DNA of 19,200 nucleotides from Oligoflexales bacterium (GCA_045105515.1 JBGCDR010000341.1:1-19200), one strand, 5' to 3'; positions 8,755 to 16,469 are shown, counted from the stretch's first letter. Notes: generated by a model from the sequence alone, not told the origin. Numbers and translations: made by a program.

Positions 8755-9093
8755 TCATTTTCCTGTATAATTGGCGGCGACAAACTCTCCAGAAAGCTTT
8801 AAAAATATATATAAGATTTTCTTGTTTTTATCTTCTATTTTCTTATTTATAAAGGTAAGTACCCATTCTTTTTTGCTACCAAATTTTTTCTTTTCAATTT
8901 TTAGGAATTCTGCTTGTTCCCAGCTAGTAAGCAGCTTTTTTTCCTTAATAAGGCGCCTGATATTTGCATTTCCTGTATTCTTAGCAATCTCTTCACTTAC
9001 TGGTTTTTTGTGATGATGGTCAGAATGCGCAAATACTGGTGATTGAATAAGGAAAAAAATAGTCGCAATGCTTGTAAGTAATATTTTTTTCAA
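8755..9093 (-). CDS. DUF6488-like small secreted protein with N-terminal His cluster
   Basis: Signal peptide ending VFA, mature N-terminus HSDHHH, EWVLTF and LYIFLKLSGEFVAANYTG C-terminus; TTG start with AAGG RBS. Confidence 0.78.
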   Translation of the reverse strand: MKKILLTSIATIFFLIQSPVFAHSDHHHKKPVSEEIAKNTGNANIRRLIKEKKLLTSWEQAEFLKIEKKKFGSKKEWVLTFINKKIEDKNKKILYIFLKLSGEFVAANYTGK

Positions 9094-9104
9094 ACTAGAC
9101 CTTT

Positions 9105-9881
9105 CTAAAGGGAATCATGTTTATAATTATTAGATTCCGTTTCTTCTAGTTCTTCATGATGATGAAGATGATTGTCTTTACTAAAACCAAACTCGTCAGG
9201 ATGAGAATGATGTAAGTATCCATGTAATTGCATTAGTAGGAGCATGAATCCAGCTAATATGAGCCCATCATTAGCAACTTTAGCAAATCTTTTGAAGGGT
9301 TTTGAATTGCGGATTGAAGAAAGAAAAATGAGCATCAATGATAGGGCGAAAATTTGCCCTAATTCTACGCCAATATTGAAATTTACGATACGCAATAGCA
9401 TATCTAAGCCTTTGTTTCCCAAGGGAAGCTGTTGAAGCCTGGTAGATAATCCGAAACCGTGAATTAATCCAAATAAAAAAACCATAATTAGTAAGTTAGG
9501 TCCGGAATTCAAGCCAAGATAGTTTTTGAATCCATCATTATTGTCAAAGCCCTTGTAGCATACACTCAGAGCGATAACTGCATCAATCAACCAGTAGTTT
9601 GCGGTTATACCCAAAAAAGTGGCGATGATCAAAGTGAAACTATGGCCAAGGGTAAATGCAGTAATAAATTTTACGATATCTTTAAAGGATCTTAAAAAAA
9701 AGATAATTCCGAATAGAAACAATAAATGGTCGTACCCCGTTATCATATGCTCTGCACCAAGCCAGATATATTGTAGGCTGCTGCCATCTGCTAAAGTTTT
9801 TTTTGCTTCTTCACTTAAACCATGGGCGAAGAGTGCTTGTGAATAGACTTGACTAAGCAAAAAGATGAAAAACATTTTCAT
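9105..9881 (-). CDS. HupE/UreJ family putative Ni/Co transporter
   Basis: Signal ending AH; GAEHMITGYDHLLFL, FTLGHSFTL, FGLIHGFG and FNIGVELGQ motifs; His-rich C-terminal tail. Confidence 0.9.
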   Translation of the reverse strand: MKMFFIFLLSQVYSQALFAHGLSEEAKKTLADGSSLQYIWLGAEHMITGYDHLLFLFGIIFFLRSFKDIVKFITAFTLGHSFTLIIATFLGITANYWLIDAVIALSVCYKGFDNNDGFKNYLGLNSGPNLLIMVFLFGLIHGFGLSTRLQQLPLGNKGLDMLLRIVNFNIGVELGQIFALSLMLIFLSSIRNSKPFKRFAKVANDGLILAGFMLLLMQLHGYLHHSHPDEFGFSKDNHLHHHEELEETESNNYKHDSL

Positions 9882-9944
9882 ATGAGCTCAAAATAATTAT
9901 TTTATGGATAGATTGGTCATACCTTGAGAATAGCATCAATTCAA

Positions 9945-9958
9945 TTGATAGTCATCAA
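9945..9958. promoter_or_regulatory. FNR/CRP-family binding site
   Basis: TTGAT-AGTC-ATCAA is an exact match to TTGAT-N4-ATCAA, about 65-75 nt upstream of the HupE/UreJ start. Confidence 0.6.
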
Positions 9959-10081
9959 ATGCACATTGATGTGTTAGTAAATGGGCTTAATCATCCTAAA
10001 TCAAATGGTCTTATGACGAATTTAAGATGACTAAAAAACAGGTAAGAGGGAAATGAAAAAGACATCCTTAAGAGAGAATTT

Positions 10082-11380
10082 TTAAAACCTTAGCATTAAA
10101 TATTCATTCCGTATAGGGCTATGTTTGAGTTGTAAGGCTTCATCGAATAGCGCACTAAATTTCCCATGAATTTTGATGCGGATACTATCAAACTTATCAA
10201 TAGAGATTTTTTTTGATTCAGGGGATAAAATATCTAATTCTTGACAAATGTCATCTTTAAGATCTTTTAGTTCTTCGAAAGTGGAATCAGAAGCGAGAGA
10301 TCTATTGAAAAAAATATTTGTCTTAGATAAAACTTGGGTAGTCATGTCTTCAACTGCATCTGTCATTTCAATAAATTCTTGGACCAAATTGATGATTTCG
10401 GATTTAAATTCAGAAATATTTTTCTTCCTCAAATCATTAGAAGTAGAGGTTTTAGGAGCTAGTTTACTAAATGGGATTCCTGATCCCTGTTTGATTTTTC
10501 TGGCAGGAGAATCTGAGAATAAACTACCAATAAACAGGTTACCTTGTTTCTGTAAGGCTCTAGCAGGGGAGCATGGGAACAAGCCTCCAATGGGCATTCC
10601 TGGCCTATGTTGGGCTTTAGCAGGTGACTCTAGGTTTGCAATATCTGAAAGTACCTGTTCATCACCAGCTATATCAATTAAATCTTTGAGAGTTGAGATA
10701 TCTTTACTATAGCTAGATTTTTTGTCTTCGTAATATGATAGCTTTTTTTGATCGAGAAGTTTGAGTAGGCCAAGAACTGGAACGTAATCTCCTGACTCAC
10801 TCTGGACTAAATCATGCTTGGAGCCGAAATCCATCCCATTACTTCCCATTAAGATTATATCGTATCCAAATAAATTTTTGTCTTGATTGAGGTATTGAAT
10901 GGTTTTTTCACCCCTGTCAATATCGGCTGACTGAGCATATTCATCAGGAAGAAGGTGTTCTGTTAATGTTAAGCTTTCCACCAATAGGTCAATATCTTTT
11001 GGTGCCCTATTTTCCAAAAAGGAAAAACAGTCTTCTTCACTGTTGTATTTGCAGTACCAAAAGCTCATAGCTAAGCTTCCAGTCAAAAAAGCTGAAGGAT
11101 CATTTTTGTTGCAGTTGCTCCAGAGCTCAGTAGCTAATAGCTTTAGCTGTGCAGATTTTTCTTCAGCCTGGTTTGAATAGTATGTGACAATCCTGTGAAA
11201 AGCTTCAGGTATTTGATTGGTATCGTACGCCTGTACTCGTGCCCTCTTTTGGTCTTTACGTTCAGAGGAGGTAGGAGTCTTGAAATGGCTTCGCGGCCTT
11301 TTAGTCGGAGTTGCAGTTCCAAATGAAACTTCGCAAAGAAATAGTGCTGAGATTATTACGAAAAGATTTTTAATAAACAA
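10082..11380 (-). CDS. Secreted protein with putative Pol-beta-type nucleotidyltransferase domain
   Basis: TTG start with AAGGA RBS; signal peptide; AFLTGSLA...RAPKDIDLLV...YDII...VPVLGLLKLLDQK...KDISTL motif set; SPAK/SPAR repeats; helical C-terminus. Confidence 0.7.
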   Translation of the reverse strand: MFIKNLFVIISALFLCEVSFGTATPTKRPRSHFKTPTSSERKDQKRARVQAYDTNQIPEAFHRIVTYYSNQAEEKSAQLKLLATELWSNCNKNDPSAFLTGSLAMSFWYCKYNSEEDCFSFLENRAPKDIDLLVESLTLTEHLLPDEYAQSADIDRGEKTIQYLNQDKNLFGYDIILMGSNGMDFGSKHDLVQSESGDYVPVLGLLKLLDQKKLSYYEDKKSSYSKDISTLKDLIDIAGDEQVLSDIANLESPAKAQHRPGMPIGGLFPCSPARALQKQGNLFIGSLFSDSPARKIKQGSGIPFSKLAPKTSTSNDLRKKNISEFKSEIINLVQEFIEMTDAVEDMTTQVLSKTNIFFNRSLASDSTFEELKDLKDDICQELDILSPESKKISIDKFDSIRIKIHGKFSALFDEALQLKHSPIRNEYLMLRF

Positions 11381-11426
11381 TTTAATGTTCCTTGGTTTCT
11401 ATTTTAAGTGATTAATAGATGGGCAA

Positions 11427-11447
11427 TCTACCTGGTACTAAGGTAGA
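11427..11447. promoter_or_regulatory. Perfect 7-bp inverted repeat upstream of the nucleotidyltransferase-like gene
   Basis: TCTACCT-ggtacta-AGGTAGA, 47-67 nt upstream of the start codon. Confidence 0.35.
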
Positions 11448-11815
11448 AGTCAAATATATATCTTGTGTCAGAACCAGTTTTATAAATCAAGCTTGAAGCA
11501 AATCAATACGTCCGGAAATTCACTCATAAGATCAGCATGTTTCCAATATTAATTTGCCGGAATGGGGATTTCAATTTTCCAAATGATTTAGCATTGCATA
11601 ATTCATTGGTCGTCAGCTTTTTATTGAGAATAATATAAAGATATCAAGTGGTAAGCTGTGCCTCTATCGATTTTTCTGATATTTCACAACATTAATTAAT
11701 AAGCTGAGAAATAAAATACCCTTAAAATCTTGATTGTCATCATTGTAACTAAAAATAGTTGGATTGCTGATCTCATTCGTAAGATCATCTACTATCGCTC
11801 TACCCACTTGCTTGA

Positions 11816-11841
11816 GGCACCATCTTTGAAAGGGAGGTGCC
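11816..11841. other. GC-rich hairpin downstream of lipoprotein A
   Basis: GGCACC...GGTGCC stem 25 nt past the stop codon. No U-tract, so it is not a clear intrinsic terminator. Confidence 0.35.
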
Positions 11842-11866
11842 CCTTACTGGGAGTTTGGACTCTAAG

Positions 11867-13231
11867 TTATTCAGCTTGGGTCTCTGGGCTTGTTGTTGGA
11901 CTCGCTTTCTTAAGACCCTGCTCTTCGGGGATGTCAGTAAAATCAATGCCTAAGTCATATTCAAAAGGTGATGCTGCGAATAATTCATCTGTTGACCATA
12001 GTAAGTTATATTCAAGGTAATCAATCTGGTCGCATGGTGCTATATTACCTGATCCTTGATTTTGACAAACTCCAGTATAAGGTGTTTCTGATGGTCCATC
12101 ACGCAATAAGTCAAGGACAACGTTTACTGCATTTGAGCCTGTAATTCTTGCAGAAGTCTCGTCTTTAAAGTCGATAGTACCCCAAATTTGTTCGGGTTTT
12201 ACGACTGTGCGGAAATAAATCTCTCTAGTGTCTATTAGATTTTCTCCAAACTCATCCTCACCTGTGAACCATTTTGCTGATGTAGCTTCTTCTAAGAGGA
12301 TTTTTCCCTCCATAAGAACAAACTCGGCATCTTTCTTTTTCTCACTCATGATGAATAGGTGGATGCTTGAGGTCTCCTCACCTGGCATCGTGATTTTAAT
12401 ATCTTGCCAAATACAGTTGCTTTTGGATGGGCTTTCTAAGCATTGTGATGGATCTGAACCTTGACCAAATTCTATTTCTCCGACAATATTATGACCTGAA
12501 GCTCTGCCATCGAGTGAAATTTTGCCCTGCTGACTTGATTCTAATTTTAAGGCTAGAATACCCTCTAGATCCGAACCTTCTCCCTGAGAATGCCAAGCCA
12601 TAATGTTTGCAGGGTAGCGACCAGCAGCGGATCCATAGGCACTCCAATGCCCCAACGCAGTAAACTGGTCCTCAGGGTTAAAATCTTTGAAACTAATGGC
12701 AAATTCTTGAAGGTTTTTTTCTTTAAATCTAAGGGATTCAACTCTATCATTGGCTTTCATGCCCGGATGACAGAGCATTTCGAAAAGGATTCCTTGCTCG
12801 CTATCGCCAAATACGTAGTCTTCACAGGTCACAGATCCATCTTTGTTTTTATCTGGATCACTTGATCCGTAAAGGAGTTCAGCAACTAAGGGTACCGAAT
12901 GGCATGCTACACCTAGAGGAATTCCAAAGATGCCTCGCTCTTCTGTCCAAGCGCATTTATTCGCTTCTTCATCTGCATTAAGACTTAAACCCTGAGGATT
13001 AGCAAAGAGCTTTGCTAGATCTAGGCCATGAACTTCAGGAAGCGCTCTTTGGGGAGAAGATGTATTTTGTGCCGCGCCTGTATTGCTTTTACTGATCTGT
13101 TCTTCGGATTCATTCGAATCATTTAAGTTTTCTTCTTCTGTTCCCCCGCAAGCTAGGAATAAAGATATAAATACGATCCCAAACAATACATGTTTCACCT
13201 TAAGAAAATTTTTTGAATTAACTAATCTCAT
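11867..13231 (-). CDS. Cys-rich lipoprotein A with an EF-hand-like loop; paralog of 14467..15795
   Basis: AAGGGA RBS; lipobox FLAC; acidic linker; loop DKNKDGSVTCED (12818-12853); 8 Cys that align with the paralog. Confidence 0.85.
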   Translation of the reverse strand: MRLVNSKNFLKVKHVLFGIVFISLFLACGGTEEENLNDSNESEEQISKSNTGAAQNTSSPQRALPEVHGLDLAKLFANPQGLSLNADEEANKCAWTEERGIFGIPLGVACHSVPLVAELLYGSSDPDKNKDGSVTCEDYVFGDSEQGILFEMLCHPGMKANDRVESLRFKEKNLQEFAISFKDFNPEDQFTALGHWSAYGSAAGRYPANIMAWHSQGEGSDLEGILALKLESSQQGKISLDGRASGHNIVGEIEFGQGSDPSQCLESPSKSNCIWQDIKITMPGEETSSIHLFIMSEKKKDAEFVLMEGKILLEEATSAKWFTGEDEFGENLIDTREIYFRTVVKPEQIWGTIDFKDETSARITGSNAVNVVLDLLRDGPSETPYTGVCQNQGSGNIAPCDQIDYLEYNLLWSTDELFAASPFEYDLGIDFTDIPEEQGLKKASPTTSPETQAE

Positions 13232-13273
13232 TATTTTGTCCCTTACAGAAGTTATTAGTAGATCATTGATTTG

Positions 13274-13481
13274 ATCTATACATATTTATTTGGAAATAGA
13301 TTGGGTAAACTTTAAATAATTTGATAAAATATATATAAAACAATATGTTATATAAATAATAATCTATACATTTTTTGGAGGGTAGAGCAAATGATTCGGT
13401 AATTATTAAACTAAATTAGGCAAATATATTCGGTAACAGCTAAAGCAAGCCCTTCCAAAATGAAGATTAATCTGTATAGAT
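13274..13481. promoter_or_regulatory. Three ATCTATACA copies in the divergent promoter region
   Basis: Exact 9-mers at 13274-13282 (+), 13362-13370 (+) and 13473-13481 (-). Confidence 0.55.
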
Positions 13482-13580
13482 TTAGATCTAGTTAATATAT
13501 TGAATTTAAAAGATTTATAAAATTAATGTAATTATTTTTTTAGAAGGAGACGATAAGTATCTGTATTGAATGAGGAGCTC

Positions 13581-14456
13581 ATGAGTCAAATAAAGGAAAA
13601 AAATAAAAAGCTCATTTACCTAGCTAGCAGGAATGTATCTCCTTGTGATTTTCTAGATTATAGATTGTATTTGTCTACCCTTTATTCATACATGAAGAAT
13701 AATTCAAAACCTTACAACTTTAATATTTTTGCCAAAGACCTAGGTTTCTCTGGTACTAATATCATTCATCAGATTATTAATAAGCATAGAAATCTGAGTC
13801 AAAAATCTGCGCTAAAAATTATTTTGGCACTTAAATTAGACAGAAAAGAAAAAAAATATCTGCTTGCCTTAGTGGAATATGGCAATGCCAAAACCAACAA
13901 AAAGCAAGAATTTTTTGAAAACCTCCTTAACATCAAAAAAGGAGTGGTTTCTTCTGAGCTTGATCGAGATATGTTAGAATACTTCAGCTCTTGGTATCAT
14001 CCTGTTATTCGAGAAATGGTGGGTTTAGATAGGTTTCGTTCTGATCTTAGCTGGATTAGCAAGAATATTGTGCCGAATATTTCACAAGAAAAAGTAGAAG
14101 AGAGTATTGACTTGCTAAAAAGGCTTAAATTCATAGTATATGATGAAGAAAAGCAAAAGTATGTTCAGACCCAAGAGAGAATTAGTACTGGTACTAAAGT
14201 AAAGGGTATGGGTCTGCTTAGCTATCACCAACAAATGCTCGACATGAGCAAAAAGTCACTCATACAAACGAAGGCAAAACGTCGTAACCTCAATGCAATA
14301 ACGGTCAAATGCAGCGAACAAGTAGCTCAGCAATTGAAGGCCAAAATAAATATGTTTTTGCTTGAACTGCTAGATACAGCAGAGGTAAGTGAAAACAAGG
14401 ATCAAATCTATCAAATTAACATGCAACTTTTTCCCTTTACTGAAAATGAGGGGTAG
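13581..14456 (+). CDS. TIGR02147 family (DUF4423) putative HTH transcriptional regulator
   Basis: FLDYRLYL, FAKDLGFSG...IINKHRNLS (HTH-like), YFSSWYHPVIREM, YHQQML and IYQINMQLFP motifs. Start moved to the ATG at 13581 behind GAGGA. Confidence 0.9.
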   Translation: MSQIKEKNKKLIYLASRNVSPCDFLDYRLYLSTLYSYMKNNSKPYNFNIFAKDLGFSGTNIIHQIINKHRNLSQKSALKIILALKLDRKEKKYLLALVEYGNAKTNKKQEFFENLLNIKKGVVSSELDRDMLEYFSSWYHPVIREMVGLDRFRSDLSWISKNIVPNISQEKVEESIDLLKRLKFIVYDEEKQKYVQTQERISTGTKVKGMGLLSYHQQMLDMSKKSLIQTKAKRRNLNAITVKCSEQVAQQLKAKINMFLLELLDTAEVSENKDQIYQINMQLFPFTENEG

Positions 14457-14466
14457 AGAGATACCT

Positions 14467-15795
14467 ATGAGACATAACTACTTTTTCTTAATTCTCAGTA
14501 GCTATTATTTGGTGTTCATCTCATTAAATTTGGGAGGGTGCGGTACTCATGCTGGCAATCCAGGTGAAGAAGAAACACCTAGTCCTACACCTCTTCCATC
14601 TTATGAGGAAGTGATTTTGCCTGATGCAACTTCTATCCAACTTGGAAGCTTGGGAGTTAAACAGGAGGGAGCATCTTTGTTTTTAGAAGAGAACCGTGAA
14701 CTTTTATTGAATGAAACTGAGCGATGCCAAGGTTCAGACCAACTTGGTGTTTTTGGCTTTGCCTTAGGTCCGGTCTGTCATACATCATATTTTATCGATG
14801 ATACTTTGTATGGAAGATCACCTGATCGTGATGGAGATGGCGATTTAAGCTGCGCTGACTACAATTTAGATAAGAATGATTTAGGCATCTTATTTCCTTT
14901 GCTGTGTGAGCCAGGATTATTAGCAAACCCTAAGATTAAAACCCTAAATATTTTGGAAGGTTCAGAAAATTTTGCTATTTCATTTCTTCCGTTTATTGAA
15001 GATGAATTTGCTGTTGGTTCGTGGACGGCAATCGGAGAAGATTCCGGTCGCTATCCTGGGCAAATTCGTATTTGGTCAAATCAAAACAGAGCGGATTTAG
15101 CAGGTATCCTAGGAATGAAACTAAATTCAAAGAAAAGTGGACAATTGTTTTTTGACTACAGGCCCCTGAATTCAGAATTACTTGGTTCTATTGAATACGA
15201 GACTCAATTTAATACGGAGGTATGTGAAACGAAACCAAGCAGGGAAAATTGCCACTGGCAAGAGTCAATGTTTGCTGGGACAAAGGGGAGCTCTAGTGAA
15301 GCTCCAATACCTGGGATGCACCTGATAGTATTAGCCAATAAAAAAGAAAATCCAAGCTTTTTAGTTCTGGAAGGAAAACTTTCTTATACCCAAGAAGCAG
15401 CAGAAAAAACTTGGCCAGAATCAAATGCCGCAGCGCATCAAGACTTTCATACTGTAAGAGAGGTGTATTTCCGCACTGTGCAAAAAGGCAGTCAGATTTG
15501 GGGAAGCTTTGATTTCAAGAATTCTGATAATCTGACTATCGAATCGATCATTGATGTTTCAGGATTTCCCATTGATTTAACAAAAATGATGAGAAATGGA
15601 AGTTCAGATATTCCTTATCAAGGAATCTGTCAAAATCTTGGAAGTGATGAATGGGTGGACTGTGTCGATATAAATTACCAAGATTATAATAGCTTATGGC
15701 TTGAAGATGCAAATGTTTCAGCTATCGGCCCAAATTTTGAACTTTCGATTGACTTTGGGGCACCTCCTGAGAAAGTTGGAATCACAAAGGATTAA
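14467..15795 (+). CDS. Cys-rich lipoprotein B with an EF-hand-like loop; paralog of 11867..13231
   Basis: Start moved to the ATG at 14467, 10 nt after the TIGR02147 stop; lipobox LGGC followed by GTHAGNP; loop DRDGDGDLSCAD (14824-14859); 8 conserved Cys. Confidence 0.85.
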   Translation: MRHNYFFLILSSYYLVFISLNLGGCGTHAGNPGEEETPSPTPLPSYEEVILPDATSIQLGSLGVKQEGASLFLEENRELLLNETERCQGSDQLGVFGFALGPVCHTSYFIDDTLYGRSPDRDGDGDLSCADYNLDKNDLGILFPLLCEPGLLANPKIKTLNILEGSENFAISFLPFIEDEFAVGSWTAIGEDSGRYPGQIRIWSNQNRADLAGILGMKLNSKKSGQLFFDYRPLNSELLGSIEYETQFNTEVCETKPSRENCHWQESMFAGTKGSSSEAPIPGMHLIVLANKKENPSFLVLEGKLSYTQEAAEKTWPESNAAAHQDFHTVREVYFRTVQKGSQIWGSFDFKNSDNLTIESIIDVSGFPIDLTKMMRNGSSDIPYQGICQNLGSDEWVDCVDINYQDYNSLWLEDANVSAIGPNFELSIDFGAPPEKVGITKD

Positions 15796-15862
15796 AAATG
15801 TATTATCCTTGATTACCATGAGTTAGATGCAAATATTGGAATATTATTTTTTGCAGCAGTGG

Positions 15863-16186
15863 TTAGAAATTTGCTAGATCTACTTCTCTTTGATTCAATG
15901 TTTCGTTAAAGGTTTGAAAATTTTTTTCAACCAATATCAGAGCAAAGTCTCTAATGCTCTTTTTACAGTGGATACCATTTTTGCCATCTGCCATACCAAG
16001 CGTAGTTGCAAATGAGATAATTTCTGCGGTACATCCTTCTATGTATTTCGTGGCAATATCTGGTATACCTGAAGCATTATAAAATGCAGCTGAATATATG
16101 TCCTCATATATTTTATCAATAGCATCTCTAACTTGATGGTTTCTTTGATCTTGAATGCTGAAAACAGTTTTCTTATCTATAGACAT
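15863..16186 (-). CDS. Hypothetical cytoplasmic protein, about 107 aa
   Basis: AAGGA RBS before TTG-ATG; fills the gap between two + strand genes; helical composition; no family recognised. Confidence 0.65.
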   Translation of the reverse strand: MSIDKKTVFSIQDQRNHQVRDAIDKIYEDIYSAAFYNASGIPDIATKYIEGCTAEIISFATTLGMADGKNGIHCKKSIRDFALILVEKNFQTFNETLNQREVDLANF

Positions 16187-16220
16187 CAATGGTTTCCTTA
16201 TCTACCAATAGCCTGTTATA

Positions 16221-16247
16221 TAGTCGGATCATTTTAAGTAAATTTTA
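16221..16247 (-). promoter_or_regulatory. Putative sigma28 (FliA-type) promoter
   Basis: The minus strand reads TAAA-N15-TCCGACTA against the consensus TAAA-N15-GCCGATAA, about 35 nt upstream of the start. Confidence 0.45.
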
Positions 16248-16469
16248 ATAATTGATGAAATTGTTCTCCTCTAATATTACATACTATTTTCTAAATTTCG
16301 GTAGAAAAATCTAGCCAGTGTTCACTAGAAGCCACAAAGTGTCCAGATTCATTATCTATAATCCTTAAATTCCCGAAATTCTTAATATGGGCTGCTTTTG
16401 GACAGCTCATCAGTCTTTTTGTTAGAGGGCTACAAAAAGTCGTTTGATTACAAACTCATTGGAGCAAAA

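Noticed and set aside
7923..8783. An Rnf or Nqr respiratory complex locus
   Set aside because: Only a D/B-like subunit is present, and it lacks the FMN attachment motif.
11450..11810. Hidden gene or antitoxin upstream of the nucleotidyltransferase-like gene
   Set aside because: The minus-strand frames I read give only short fragments with frequent stops and no recognisable motif; a decayed pseudogene cannot be excluded.
6863..13274. Antisense or nested ORFs (6863-7126, 8771-9013, 9244-9435, 9619-9846, 10248-10712, 11217-11411, 11730-12020, 12228-12464, 12565-12750, 12590-12865, 13083-13274)
   Set aside because: They lie opposite or within longer supported minus-strand genes, with no independent evidence of coding.
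13375..13458. Sigma54-like TTGG...GC elements in the TIGR02147 intergenic region
   Set aside because: The GG to GC spacing is 8 nt, not the required 10.
15787..15855. Bidirectional terminator between convergent genes (AAGGAT...ATCCTT and TGCAAA...TTTGCA)
   Set aside because: The stems are short and AT-rich with long loops, and could arise by chance.
14389..16469. ORF-track upstream starts at 14389 and 16398 (likewise 13566, 6656 and 8783)
   Set aside because: Downstream starts fit better: most have a clearer RBS, they avoid overlaps, and they place signal peptides at the N-terminus.
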